Below are positions 40,858 to 51,217 of a DNA stretch of 64,000 nucleotides, piece after piece. The stretch lies in IMG/VR virus record IMGVR_UViG_3300027759_000005, positions 1,843-65,842 of that record, one strand, 5' to 3'. The notes under the pieces are model-generated. The model searched no databases, was not told the DNA's origin, and worked only from the letters and a program-made list of their open reading frames with translations. The stretch comes from a virus. Lineage: Duplodnaviria > Caudoviricetes. The position numbers and the translations under genes were made by a program. Position 1 is the first letter of the stretch; each line of letters opens with the position of its first letter.

Positions 40858-43251
40858 TTACATACCCATACCTTCTAATCCAGTAAACTCACTAGATTCA
40901 AAATTTAAAGGTAATGCATTATTTTTTCTTTGATTTACTATTTCAGATTGTTGAGACGCTTGTATTCTTGTTCTTTCGTCTTTTCTATCCTCTGCTTCTT
41001 TCAAATTTTGTGATTGAGTTTGAGCTTTTAATTGCGTTAATTGCATATCATACTCAAATTGTTGTTGCATTATTTGTTGTTTTAATTGAGCTTCAATTTG
41101 TAATCTCTGTGATTGAAGTTGAGATTTTGCAGTTTCTATATTTATAGTTTCTTGCGTTAAAGCTTGTTGTTTTTGAACTTCAAATAAAGCAGCTTTCTCA
41201 GCAGTTTGTTGATTTGCTTGAGCTTGAGCTTGAATATTTGCCATTTGAGCTTCTTGAGCAGCTTTTTGTCTTTTCGCTTTTCTTAATTTAAGTAATTGAT
41301 TAGCAAGTTTTAAATTTTTAACCTGTCTAATATCAATCGCATCATCTAGATCTATTGACCCACTTTGTAAACAAACTTGTATATTTTGTTCTAACATTGC
41401 TTTTTCTTCTTCGTCTGGTTCTAATTCTAAATATATACCAAAGTTATAAAGATTTAATGTTTTTAACTCTCTTAAAGTAGCGGTATTGTAAGTTGTTATA
41501 CTTTCTTCAAGAACTTTTGCTGTTAATGGATAATCTAAACAATCTGCAATTCTAAGAGATATGTTTTCGCATGTTTTAAGAGTTAGAAAACTACTTGCTT
41601 GTAATATATGTCTAGTAGCAGTATTTGATGCGTTAGCGGCCATCTTTTGCAATCCTACTAATGTATCTCTTTCAGGACTACTACCATCTCTTGCTTCGTT
41701 TAATCCAGTAACATCTCTTATTAACTGTAAATAGTATTGATAAGTTTCTATAAGAGCTTGTATTTTTGCCTGACCAGAAGAACTATTTAATTCTTGAATA
41801 GGTACTTTTCCTTGGTTTAAACCACCGTCTTGTGACATTGATCTACCAACTATACTACCAGTTTGGAAATACATGTTTAGTGCTTCTGCTGGATTATAAT
41901 TAGTACCGTTACCAAGATCAACTTCTGCTAAACCATCAACATCAACGAATACTCCATCAGGTACTATTCTAGACATAACCTGTTGAAGTTTTAAATGTGT
42001 TAATTGAATCATATCCGCAAAACCAGTGATTCTATTAACTATTGAGTCTATTCTTCCTTTGTACATTCTAGGTGCACATATTACATAGTTCATTTGAACT
42101 TTAGTAGTATCTGCATAAGGTCTAGTCATGTTTTCAGATAATTTCCATTCTAACATAGTGTTAGTTCCAAGTACTTTAGCGCCTGTATATAAAACCTCTA
42201 TAGTTCTTGATACTCTATCAAAATTATCACTTGGAGGAGGATTGAATTCGTCTGTTTTTTCAATTACTTTTTCAAGTCCGTTTTCTCCATATTTTATTTT
42301 AAATACTTGGTTCATGTATGTCTTATATTCAAAATATAATATCTGAACTGTATTTTCATCATAATTACCCCAACCAGTTATATATTGTCTATTACCTGGC
42401 ATTTGTTGTATCTTATATAGTTCTTCCTCTGATATATGAGGGAATTGCATTTTTAATTCAGGAATAGTTACTGCTCTAACTTCTCCAACATAATATACGT
42501 CTTCAAAATTGGGATCTTCAGTATATGAATATACTAAGTAAGCAGGATCTACATATTTAGTTCTTATTCCTTCACTTAAGTTAAACTCTGTTTTAACACA
42601 AGCTATTCCTAACACGGTTAAATCATAGTTTAATCTTCTTCTAACTAAATCCCATTTATTACCATCCAATACGTTGTTTATCGCTTCTTCTTCAGCAATC
42701 TCTATAGATTGTTTGTAAGAAAGTTGCATGTGTAAATCTAATTCCTCTTTGTTTTGTGGTAATTGATCTGCTGTAAGTGGAGAAGAAGAAAAGTCAAGTC
42801 CTGTTAATGATTTTGCTTTATTTAAAAGATCTTGTGAATACATATCTCTTAATATAGACTTAGCGTATTCAGTTCTACTTTTTACTGATTCAGGATCTTG
42901 AGCGTATGCTTTTATATCATATGTTTTTTGAGACATGCCATTTACAACAATGTCTACAAACTTAGATATTACAGGTACAGGTTTCCAATCTAAATTAAGA
43001 TAAGATAAATCACCATTAGTAGCTAACTCATCTTTGTATTTTTGTACAGACTGTTCTCCTCTAGCATACAATCTTAACTGATGATATTGATTCCAACTAG
43101 TTAAATATCTATTTTGAGTAGTTCTACCTTGTTCAAACCACTCTTGTTCTATAGCGCGAGAAACCTGTAAACCATACTCTTCAGAAGCTTTAACCGCGTC
43201 TGGTACCACCTGACTTGGGAATGCACTGTTTGTATTTGTGTATATATTCAT
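40858..43251 (-). CDS. portal protein
   Basis: Follows TerL; W.PVP.I.KFVDIVVNG, IRDVTGLNEARDG, Q-rich C-terminal barrel. Confidence 0.85.
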   Translation of the reverse strand: MNIYTNTNSAFPSQVVPDAVKASEEYGLQVSRAIEQEWFEQGRTTQNRYLTSWNQYHQLRLYARGEQSVQKYKDELATNGDLSYLNLDWKPVPVISKFVDIVVNGMSQKTYDIKAYAQDPESVKSRTEYAKSILRDMYSQDLLNKAKSLTGLDFSSSPLTADQLPQNKEELDLHMQLSYKQSIEIAEEEAINNVLDGNKWDLVRRRLNYDLTVLGIACVKTEFNLSEGIRTKYVDPAYLVYSYTEDPNFEDVYYVGEVRAVTIPELKMQFPHISEEELYKIQQMPGNRQYITGWGNYDENTVQILYFEYKTYMNQVFKIKYGENGLEKVIEKTDEFNPPPSDNFDRVSRTIEVLYTGAKVLGTNTMLEWKLSENMTRPYADTTKVQMNYVICAPRMYKGRIDSIVNRITGFADMIQLTHLKLQQVMSRIVPDGVFVDVDGLAEVDLGNGTNYNPAEALNMYFQTGSIVGRSMSQDGGLNQGKVPIQELNSSSGQAKIQALIETYQYYLQLIRDVTGLNEARDGSSPERDTLVGLQKMAANASNTATRHILQASSFLTLKTCENISLRIADCLDYPLTAKVLEESITTYNTATLRELKTLNLYNFGIYLELEPDEEEKAMLEQNIQVCLQSGSIDLDDAIDIRQVKNLKLANQLLKLRKAKRQKAAQEAQMANIQAQAQANQQTAEKAALFEVQKQQALTQETINIETAKSQLQSQRLQIEAQLKQQIMQQQFEYDMQLTQLKAQTQSQNLKEAEDRKDERTRIQASQQSEIVNQRKNNALPLNFESSEFTGLEGMGM

Positions 43252-45474
43252 CTATTTATTTATTTTTGATAAAGAACCTGTATTATCGTATTTTTTAATT
43301 CCTAAATTATAAACCTGTCTAATTATTGGTGCTGAAGGAACATACCTATATTTATTGCAAGCCATTATAGCTAAACCAGAACTAATAGAAGCATCGTACT
43401 TTGTTCTATCGTTTATGTTAAATCTAGCCCAATCATTAAGTGTTCTATTGAAATACATATTACCATAACCGTATTCAGTTATTCCAATGTTTTCTTCAAT
43501 ATAAGACTCTATTGCAGCGGCGTGCGCTTGTTTTATATCTTCACTTGAGTTTGGTATTCCACCAATATCTTTTTCTGTAATTGATAATTGAGCCCAGTGT
43601 TTATCTGGACGATTCATAGAAAAACCTCTATAACCTCTTCTCTTGAAATGAAACAATAGTCTTGGTTTATTGTTCTCTGCTAATATTGGCATACCGTAAA
43701 AAATACATGCCATTAAAACTTCTTCAAAAAATATTTCTGCAGTTTGAGGTCTAGCTATATATTCTAAAAAAAACATATTAACTGGTATATCTTCCATAGA
43801 ATACTTAGTTAAACCACTCAAAGATCCATTAGATCCTTTACCATCAACTGTTCCTGATATATCATAAGGGTCACATCCAAAAGCACCTAAATGTTCATTT
43901 CCAGGACATTTAATGCCGTTTTTGATTATAATATTATTTTGAAGGTGAACTGGTGGAATCCAAGTAACTAAAAATCTACCATCCTTGTTTGGATAGAATA
44001 TAACCTTAGTGTCTTTTATACCATTCTCCCACTGAAAACTACCTCTAGTTATAACACTAGTATTTCTTAAATCTTCGTTATAATCTATTTGTTCGTATAT
44101 TTTAGTAAGATTAAATAGGGATTGTTTTGCTTCGTCTCTAAAAGCATGTTGTTCTGTTCTTGGGAATTGACGATAGTATTCATTTAAACCATCTTGATCG
44201 TTTTTTAAACCATCAACCTCATTCTGCCAATGTTCTATAACTCCATATTCAATCCAGTTTCCATCAACACCTTTTACAGGTTTTTCCGGAGTGTCGAATA
44301 CAGGTAAACCATAAGTATCAATGAATCCTTCGTACGACCATTCCATAGGTATGAACAAACTATATAATCCTGAGCTAGTCTGTCCATTGCGGTTTCTCTT
44401 TGTGATGTCTGAGTCATAGTAAAGTTTTTTAAAGTTATCTCCTCCTTTATCTAAAGCGTTAGAAGTTGATCCCATCATACATTTACCAATAACTCTACTA
44501 CCTAACCTTAGAGTTGTTTTTGTAACACGCCAGTTATTTAATATGTTATCTGGTTTTTCCCATTTACCACTTTCATCATGTACTAATAGTTTTAATTTTT
44601 CACCATCATAACTATTATCACCTGTGTTTTTCCAGTCAATCGTAGTATCAAGACCTTCCATCTGTTCAATGGTTTCGTTAGTATCTAGTTTTCTTCTAGT
44701 TAATTTAGAAGCTGGAACTCTATAAGCTAACTCTGTTTTAGGTCTATCCATACCGTCTTGGATAGGTTTGAAAAAGAAAGGGTAATTTATCGAGATTGGA
44801 ACAACCTTATCTGTAAACATTTTTTTAGCATCAGCTCCTGATTTTGATAATATACCAAATCTAGAATCGCTTGATATCGTTGCTAGGTTTACTAATTCAG
44901 CAGATGACATAAATGAAAAACCGGAACGTCTATTTTTTAAATAACACATTCCGTAACATCTTGAATCCGCTTTACATGCTTCCCAAAATATAAAGAATAA
45001 TCTGTTTGATTCTCTAAAATCTGGTGCTCCAACGTCAATCTTGCTCCATTGAAGATACATGTAATGAGTTCCTGTTATATAAGTAGGTTTACCATTATTA
45101 TAAAAAAACAAACCTTCTTCTCTATATTTAAACTCATTGTCAATATAATCGTACCATCTATCTTTAAAAGAATCTGGTTGTTTATTCCAGTCAAAAGTAC
45201 TTTTTATTTTACTTATTTCTTTTGGGTACTCCATTTGCTCCCAGTATTGCTCTTCTTTCTTATCAGATCTAGAATAAGCATTTTCTACTAGTGGTAAAGC
45301 TATTTTTACATTTTGGATTTCAAGTATTTCACCAATCTTTCCAGTTTTACTAATAACAACCACATCATGGTCTTTATTATACCCATATGTCCATTTCTTT
45401 AGTCTATTGTTTTGCTTGATAACACTAGATTTTATGTAATCTGGTACTATCTTATAAAGTGTTTGTTCGTACAT
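43252..45474 (-). CDS. terL: terminase large subunit
   Basis: KNRRSGFS Walker A, LLVHDESGK Walker B, GST, nuclease GCDPYD, EN N, C-terminal D. Confidence 0.9.
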   Translation of the reverse strand: MYEQTLYKIVPDYIKSSVIKQNNRLKKWTYGYNKDHDVVVISKTGKIGEILEIQNVKIALPLVENAYSRSDKKEEQYWEQMEYPKEISKIKSTFDWNKQPDSFKDRWYDYIDNEFKYREEGLFFYNNGKPTYITGTHYMYLQWSKIDVGAPDFRESNRLFFIFWEACKADSRCYGMCYLKNRRSGFSFMSSAELVNLATISSDSRFGILSKSGADAKKMFTDKVVPISINYPFFFKPIQDGMDRPKTELAYRVPASKLTRRKLDTNETIEQMEGLDTTIDWKNTGDNSYDGEKLKLLVHDESGKWEKPDNILNNWRVTKTTLRLGSRVIGKCMMGSTSNALDKGGDNFKKLYYDSDITKRNRNGQTSSGLYSLFIPMEWSYEGFIDTYGLPVFDTPEKPVKGVDGNWIEYGVIEHWQNEVDGLKNDQDGLNEYYRQFPRTEQHAFRDEAKQSLFNLTKIYEQIDYNEDLRNTSVITRGSFQWENGIKDTKVIFYPNKDGRFLVTWIPPVHLQNNIIIKNGIKCPGNEHLGAFGCDPYDISGTVDGKGSNGSLSGLTKYSMEDIPVNMFFLEYIARPQTAEIFFEEVLMACIFYGMPILAENNKPRLLFHFKRRGYRGFSMNRPDKHWAQLSITEKDIGGIPNSSEDIKQAHAAAIESYIEENIGITEYGYGNMYFNRTLNDWARFNINDRTKYDASISSGLAIMACNKYRYVPSAPIIRQVYNLGIKKYDNTGSLSKINK

Positions 45475-45767
45475 TACTTAGATCTCCCTTCTGCAAAACC
45501 TTTAAACACTTTTACTTCTACTTCCTTACTGTCATCATTTAACATCTTTTCTTCGTCATGTATTCTGTTTAGAATCTCAAAAGCGTCAAATATAGCCAAT
45601 TTTTTAGTAGCAGCAGCGTTTTTTAATTTATCTGCTGATAAATCATCATCACCATTATCTAGAATAGCTTCTTCAGCTACTTTTATTAATTCCAATACTG
45701 CTTTGTGTCCAGCTTGGATTATATTCTGTTTCGTCTCCTTTACGTTCATATTTAATTGCAATATCAT
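45474..45767 (-). CDS. probable terminase small subunit
   Basis: Small helical ORF directly upstream of and coupled to terL. Confidence 0.5.
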   Translation of the reverse strand: MILQLNMNVKETKQNIIQAGHKAVLELIKVAEEAILDNGDDDLSADKLKNAAATKKLAIFDAFEILNRIHDEEKMLNDDSKEVEVKVFKGFAEGRSK

Positions 45768-46299
45768 TAGATTTCATACAGTAAAGTCTTTGACCTTCTA
45801 TTATAAAGTCAAATTCTCCATAAGGAGTGTATCCAACAAGGTCTCCCTCGTTTATTTCTAGCGCTTCTAATGAACTATTTCCGTATTTTAATATACCAAT
45901 AAGTTCTTTCTCTTTATTGAGCGTTAGATAGTCAGTATTTTTTAATGGTTTTACAAAACATCTGTCTCCAAATGCTTTCCATTTATTATCTCTGTTGTAA
46001 AGATATATTTGATCAGGATCACAAAAGTATAAATCATCCATAAAAAATGATCTACTGTTTTTTTGATTACCTCTTATATCATAAAATCTTCTAAATACAT
46101 TATGGTGTATTAAAACAATATCACCTACCTTTATATCTGTATTATAAGCTAATGGTATTTCCATTACTACAGCCATATTATTAACAGATTTAAAACTTTC
46201 TATTTTTGTATTTATTATAAGATCTTTATCACATATTTTAATTTTATTATTGTACCTTTCACCTAAAGGTTTAACAATAAAAGAAAAAACACTTCTCAT
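45673..46299 (-). CDS. GroES-like co-chaperonin fold protein (tandem)
   Basis: Two copies of a VKP...I..GD.V motif; I.GQRLY.M...DI ending. Confidence 0.55.
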   Translation of the reverse strand: MRSVFSFIVKPLGERYNNKIKICDKDLIINTKIESFKSVNNMAVVMEIPLAYNTDIKVGDIVLIHHNVFRRFYDIRGNQKNSRSFFMDDLYFCDPDQIYLYNRDNKWKAFGDRCFVKPLKNTDYLTLNKEKELIGILKYGNSSLEALEINEGDLVGYTPYGEFDFIIEGQRLYCMKSNDIAIKYERKGDETEYNPSWTQSSIGINKSS

Positions 46300-46523
46300 T
46301 AGTATTCTAAATCAAATTCAAGAGCAATTGCCATAGTAGGATAAAATTCTTTCCAAGGCATAACTTCATTGCCTTTTTTAATATAAATTACGCAAGACCT
46401 ATCTATGTTTTTTAGTATATGGGAGATTTCATGTCCCCCATACACTTGTTGTCCAACTGAATAATGCATTGCTTCATTTTTATAATCAGTACCTATACTA
46501 ATTTTTCTAATAATAATGTCCAT
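46299..46523 (-). CDS. conserved hypothetical protein
   Basis: IRKISIG.DYK..AMHY.VGQ; coupled ORF. Confidence 0.65.
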   Translation of the reverse strand: MDIIIRKISIGTDYKNEAMHYSVGQQVYGGHEISHILKNIDRSCVIYIKKGNEVMPWKEFYPTMAIALEFDLEY

Positions 46524-46801
46524 TATTTTACAATTTCTAATTCTTTTACAGTTTCTGGTTCTTTCACTGTTTCTATTTTAGTGTAAGATCCATCTTCTAT
46601 ATTAATATTTATATCTCCATACTCTTCAAACAATACGTTTTTAAAATCTTCTATCGTTTTGTTTACATCTGCAATTTGATGTAATAGACTATGTTTTTGT
46701 GATTCTAATACCCCAATATTATGTAACAATTCAGTTAATTTGTTTCTTTGTTCTAAAATAGTCTCTAACTGTTCTTGTTTGATTTTGTTTTGTGTTTCCA
46801 T
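46523..46801 (-). CDS. coiled-coil hypothetical protein
   Basis: ...EEYG.INI..EDGSY ending; coupled ORF. Confidence 0.65.
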   Translation of the reverse strand: METQNKIKQEQLETILEQRNKLTELLHNIGVLESQKHSLLHQIADVNKTIEDFKNVLFEEYGDININIEDGSYTKIETVKEPETVKELEIVK

Positions 46802-46830
46802 TTTTATTTAATTTAATTGTTATTGTTTTA

Positions 46831-47193
46831 TTAAGACAATGTAAGTAAGTATTTCATTTTAGCTGCTTCACCAGATAATGCTTGAGCCATATTACAAATA
46901 TCACCAAATTTATTTTTATCTCCGTATGCCTCTAAATCATTAGAAAATTTTAATACATCATCAACTACTTTCATTGAGTCTGCTTTTGGACTAATTGCTT
47001 CTATCTTTAACGATTGAATTCTTTTTCCAGTATAACCCATTATTTTTTCTATAACTTCATCTTTAAAGTCTTGTAAGAATTCATAGAATGCTCCAGTTGC
47101 TTTGTGTTCTGCAAAACTTCTAGTTTCCCAATGAATCATATGTATTTGTTCGTGAAAGAACGCTAATTTACCTGCTATTTCTTCTGTTGTCAT
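46831..47193 (-). CDS. ferritin/Dps-like four-helix protein
   Basis: HW.T.SFAEHKA...YE...D...E...G, KYLLTL. Confidence 0.7.
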   Translation of the reverse strand: MTTEEIAGKLAFFHEQIHMIHWETRSFAEHKATGAFYEFLQDFKDEVIEKIMGYTGKRIQSLKIEAISPKADSMKVVDDVLKFSNDLEAYGDKNKFGDICNMAQALSGEAAKMKYLLTLS

Positions 47194-47208
47194 TTTATAT
47201 TATTTTAT

Positions 47209-47919
47209 TTATTCAAAAAGAAAAGATCCAGTAGATCCATCTCCCCAAGGATCATCTAACTCGTAAGAACAAGAAGGGCCAGTGGTAACATTATGCCCAT
47301 TGCCAGATAAATCTACTTTTAAAGCATTCAAACTCTCTCCTTGACCTACTAAAAATATAGTACGGACATTTGGCGTGAAATTCTCTGATGGATTATTAAA
47401 ATTAACATTAGTATTATAATTAGCTATATTAATCCATTCAAAATTTGTCATTTCTCCCTGTAAAACCCTTCCAGTATTATTTGAACCAATATATAAAGGT
47501 TTGCCTTCATTGCTAACGGGGTCGAAATTAAAATTATAATAGGAAACCCATTGACCATTGAAAGCAAACCATATTCTGTCTGCCACTCTTTGGATACAAT
47601 AAAAGTTCCATCTTTGAGATAATACTCCAGGCACAGCTATGCTTATAATTTCTGTACTGTCTATCCTATATTTAAATATCATATTTGGCGCACTATATTC
47701 TAAGTAGGCAGAGTGAATGTTACCATTTTCCCCAAATGTGAAAAATACTTGAGGACTTCCACTACCTTGCTCTATTGCTCCGCCCCACCATCTTAAGGTA
47801 TAATCACCTTCTAATATTAAGTCATTGCTACTAGCTATAGATGCTGTTAAAGGAATAGGTCCAGATTGTTGATAAGTTGCATTTGGCCATCCAATAGCCA
47901 TTCCATTCCCAAATCCCAT
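47209..47919 (-). CDS. virion protein with LamG/ConA-like domain
   Basis: W......R....W..FNG, LYIG, DLSGNGH. Confidence 0.55.
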   Translation of the reverse strand: MGFGNGMAIGWPNATYQQSGPIPLTASIASSNDLILEGDYTLRWWGGAIEQGSGSPQVFFTFGENGNIHSAYLEYSAPNMIFKYRIDSTEIISIAVPGVLSQRWNFYCIQRVADRIWFAFNGQWVSYYNFNFDPVSNEGKPLYIGSNNTGRVLQGEMTNFEWINIANYNTNVNFNNPSENFTPNVRTIFLVGQGESLNALKVDLSGNGHNVTTGPSCSYELDDPWGDGSTGSFLFE

Positions 47920-48224
47920 TAGTATAAAGCTATAATATCAGCACAAGTAGTATCTAACCCGTCATCATTGTTTTCATATACATAATCAACAATTACTGGA
48001 AAAAATGTACCATCAGGAATATTTTTAAACACAGTTTGTTCATTAGTGGTATTAACATCATAATTCCCCCCAACTACTCTACAGACTAATGTACCTCCTG
48101 TACCAATATATAAAGCTGCACTGTTCAACTTTTGCAAGTTTTCTGGTAAACTACTAATATTGCCTGTAGGAACTATTCCTAGTGCTCTTGTTCCAAAATC
48201 TGGTTGATTACCGTATTGTCCCAT
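47919..48224 (-). CDS. small virion structural protein
   Basis: LYIGTGG.L, F..IPDGTFFPV.V, T.A.DIIALY motif common in phage virion proteins. Confidence 0.6.
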   Translation of the reverse strand: MGQYGNQPDFGTRALGIVPTGNISSLPENLQKLNSAALYIGTGGTLVCRVVGGNYDVNTTNEQTVFKNIPDGTFFPVIVDYVYENNDDGLDTTCADIIALY

Positions 48225-48227
48225 AAT

Positions 48228-48476
48228 TTATTTTTTAAATATTTTGTTATATATAGTATTTTTATTTTTTGTACTAAGTCTAAACTCTAGTACAGTATCA
48301 CCTGGAAACTTGTAGTTTTTACCAGGTTTCATTACTTTTTTATTACCTTTATTATCAATACCTAAAACGGGGAATTCTACGTCTTCCATAGTAATATCCC
48401 CGCTTGGTATCACATTATAAGGTCTATCTTTGTCAGGACTATCTTTTTTATAACCTTCTGTTGATAGATTTTTCAT
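48228..48476 (-). CDS. conserved phage protein (IPS..ITM..V.FPV.GID..G....M.PG..Y.FPG..V.E)
   Basis: Recognisable conserved pattern; function unknown. Confidence 0.65.
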   Translation of the reverse strand: MKNLSTEGYKKDSPDKDRPYNVIPSGDITMEDVEFPVLGIDNKGNKKVMKPGKNYKFPGDTVLEFRLSTKNKNTIYNKIFKK

Positions 48477-48477
48477 T

Positions 48478-49569
48478 TTAACACTTCTTCATTTTAGCTG
48501 GAGTCTTTGATTTAGATTTCAACTGTTTGTTAGGTGATTTTTTATTTTGACTTTTTAATTGAGGGGTAGCTGAAGCGACAGCGGTTGTATTTCCCTGTCT
48601 TTTTGCTTTTATTGCTGCAATTGCAGCTTGTCTTTTAGCTTCAAGTTCAGCTTTTTTAGATGCCATTGTTTCTAAAGTAGCTTTGTCTTTTGTTGCTTTT
48701 GCTTCAGATTTTTGTTTTTGAGATTCAGATCTTTTTGTTAGAATTTCTTTTTGTTTTGCATCTCTTTCATCCATTTTACTAGTAATAGCATTCATAAGAC
48801 TTTGTCTTTTAGCTTCTCCTCCTTCTCCTTGCCATTTAGCAATATATGGATTAATTTCATGATTAGCATAACGATCATCATTCATTATTCTTTTTTCTTG
48901 ATCTGTTAAAGGTCTATGTTGATAGTTATTTTTACCTAAAGCTATTCTATTTGGGTTGTTAGGATCTTTAGAAGCATTTTGATCAACTTTGTAATTTAAG
49001 TCTTTTATTCTTCTTTCTTCTGGATCAAAAGATAATCCATAAGAACCGTTACCCATATAATTTGCACTTCCTTCGCTATGTTCAGCATACCATTCATCTT
49101 TATCTGCTGGTTTTAGTTTAGGAGTAGTAGGCGGAGGTATCATAGATGGTTTATCTTTTCCAGCAGTTGAAACATTTACAGTTTCTGTAAAAGTTTTATC
49201 TTTAAATTTATCTTCTATTCCTGGATTGTTTTTAACTGCGGCTAACCATTTTTTATATTCTGGAGTACCTGGTTTTACAAGTTCTGTTACTTTTTGACCA
49301 GGTATTGTATAAGTAGCTGATCCACTAGCGTTTCTAATATCTTTAGAATCTCCCAAAGGTTTATTAGTTAAGTCTTTTTGTAAATTTTGATTCGCAATTT
49401 TATTAGCTTCAGCTAAAGCTTCTTCTTTTGTTTTATTACCTGTAACCTTATTAACTTCAACAGTTCTTATTCGTTTTGTTCCTCCTGTTAATTTTTGTAA
49501 AAGTACGGAAGGTAGTCCATGTCCTGTTTGTTGAAAAGGGGATCTACCAGGTTTCATATTAAATGCCAT
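48478..49569 (-). CDS. basic putative internal virion protein (start MAFNMKPGRSPFQQ)
   Basis: ATG 49569 gives the shared MAF.MK N-terminus; ends TPAKMKKC. Confidence 0.65.
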   Translation of the reverse strand: MAFNMKPGRSPFQQTGHGLPSVLLQKLTGGTKRIRTVEVNKVTGNKTKEEALAEANKIANQNLQKDLTNKPLGDSKDIRNASGSATYTIPGQKVTELVKPGTPEYKKWLAAVKNNPGIEDKFKDKTFTETVNVSTAGKDKPSMIPPPTTPKLKPADKDEWYAEHSEGSANYMGNGSYGLSFDPEERRIKDLNYKVDQNASKDPNNPNRIALGKNNYQHRPLTDQEKRIMNDDRYANHEINPYIAKWQGEGGEAKRQSLMNAITSKMDERDAKQKEILTKRSESQKQKSEAKATKDKATLETMASKKAELEAKRQAAIAAIKAKRQGNTTAVASATPQLKSQNKKSPNKQLKSKSKTPAKMKKC

Positions 49570-49579
49570 ATTCTTTTTT

Positions 49580-49954
49580 TTATTTTGTTTTTGTATAAAT
49601 GACTGTACCATTACCACTTCCGGTAATAATTCTTTTTAGTGTTTTCTTATCAATAAATGTAAAAATACTTTCAGTGATCCAATTATTTTCTACAAAAACT
49701 TCTTTAACGTATAATGAATTTTCATTTATCTTAAATTCAATTAACGTTAATGGTTCTCCTGTAGATCCACAAATATCTTGTATCTGAACTTTTCCATTAA
49801 CATCTTTCCAAAAAAATAACTGTGTAGATTCTTCTTCAGATTGCCAATAACCAATTAAATCATCTACGTTTATTTTTTGTTTAAAGTTTAATCCTTGAGA
49901 AAAAACATTTAAACTAAATAATGAAATTAAAACAATAAATAAAAAATTTTTCAT
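49580..49954 (-). CDS. secreted protein with signal peptide (moron-like)
   Basis: MKNFLFIVLISLFSLNVFSQ signal; LIG.W lipocalin-like start. Confidence 0.6.
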   Translation of the reverse strand: MKNFLFIVLISLFSLNVFSQGLNFKQKINVDDLIGYWQSEEESTQLFFWKDVNGKVQIQDICGSTGEPLTLIEFKINENSLYVKEVFVENNWITESIFTFIDKKTLKRIITGSGNGTVIYTKTK

Positions 49955-50004
49955 GATTAAATAATATTAAAGTTATATATTAATATTATTACATGATATA
50001 TATA

Positions 50005-50334
50005 TTATTTATGTTTTTTATTCTGTTTTGCATAGGCTTCTTTTTCCCAAGGAAGATTTTTATCACCTTCTTTCATTTGAGACCTAGCATATTCTTTACC
50101 TTGCCAAAGAACATGTGTGTCAGTATAATCTAAATCACCTCTTTTCATTTGGTCAACATGAACCTTTTCGTGTTCAATTGTTTTATTTTTTTCTAATTCT
50201 AACGGAGAAACATTTTTATTTACTAAAATGGTTCCGTTATTCTGAGCCATACCAAGTATGTTATTATCCATATCTACTTGATAGATTGGAGTGTTATCAC
50301 AACTGTATGGAGCACCTTTCATTTTAAATGCCAT
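50005..50334 (-). CDS. small zincin-like metalloprotease
   Basis: HEKVH (HExxH) plus downstream PWEKEAY glutamate; starts MAFKMKG. Confidence 0.65.
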   Translation of the reverse strand: MAFKMKGAPYSCDNTPIYQVDMDNNILGMAQNNGTILVNKNVSPLELEKNKTIEHEKVHVDQMKRGDLDYTDTHVLWQGKEYARSQMKEGDKNLPWEKEAYAKQNKKHK

Positions 50335-50355
50335 TTTGTAAATTTTAAATTATTA

Positions 50356-50387
50356 AATTCCCCTACAAATTTAATCATAGGGGAATT
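50356..50387 (-). terminator. stem-loop/terminator
   Basis: AATTCCCCTA...TAGGGGAATT inverted repeat after the 50399 gene. Confidence 0.55.
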
Positions 50388-50398
50388 ATAAATAATAA

Positions 50399-50746
50399 TT
50401 ATGCGTAAAGTGCAGAAGTTACTACAACAGGAGCTGTTACAGTAGAAATAGTGGATAAAGGCATTGATACAGGAACAAATACTCCACCTGGTTTAGCATT
50501 CATCGCAGCATAGATTGCATTAGCAACAGTTGGAAGAGTTCCAGAACTAGCTGTAGATGTGTGAGTTAATGTAAGAGTTTTTTGTCCAGCACCAAGTCTG
50601 TTGTCAAAATAGATAACAGTAGTAGTTGCTGATGTTTGTTTCACATCAAATACTAAATCTACAGGAACATTAATAGGTCCACCATTAGGTACTGTAGCAG
50701 TTGCATAACCCGTAGCGCTTGACGGGATAGTAAGAAAATTTGCCAT
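50399..50746 (-). CDS. probable virion (decoration-like) protein
   Basis: T/A/V-rich, MCP-like codon bias, followed by a terminator. Confidence 0.55.
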   Translation of the reverse strand: MANFLTIPSSATGYATATVPNGGPINVPVDLVFDVKQTSATTTVIYFDNRLGAGQKTLTLTHTSTASSGTLPTVANAIYAAMNAKPGGVFVPVSMPLSTISTVTAPVVVTSALYA

Positions 50747-50798
50747 TTTTTTTTGTTTTTTTGTTTTTAGTTGTTTATATATATAAAGAATGTTATAA

Positions 50799-51200
50799 TT
50801 AACATTTTTTCATTTTAGGAGCAGGAGATTTTTTCTGTTTCATCGCTGCTTGTGCGTTTTCAGCATAATGCTTTCTAGCGTTTGGTTTTAGTTTTTGATT
50901 ACTAGCTTGTTTAACATCGTAAGCTGTTTTTTTAGAAACTTTCATTTTCATCGGTCCTTCTACTTTAGACATTTCAGTTTTAGTTTTTACTTGAGGACGA
51001 GGTGTTCCAACTTGTTTTGGCGCTGGATTAGGTTTAGTTTGTTTTTTCATTTTTTGTTTGTCTATATAAGCTTTAACTTGTTTGTCTACATTTTCTCTAA
51101 ACTTAGTACCAGGTAATCCAATCATATCGCTATTACCAGCGGAATAATCTCTTACTGAATTTTTATTTTTTTGAGTTAATGGTGATTTTAATGTTCTCAT
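50799..51200 (-). CDS. basic putative internal virion protein
   Basis: LKSPLTQK, GPMKMK, SPAPKMKKC. Confidence 0.6.
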   Translation of the reverse strand: MRTLKSPLTQKNKNSVRDYSAGNSDMIGLPGTKFRENVDKQVKAYIDKQKMKKQTKPNPAPKQVGTPRPQVKTKTEMSKVEGPMKMKVSKKTAYDVKQASNQKLKPNARKHYAENAQAAMKQKKSPAPKMKKC

Positions 51201-51217
51201 TTTTATATTTTTTGTTA

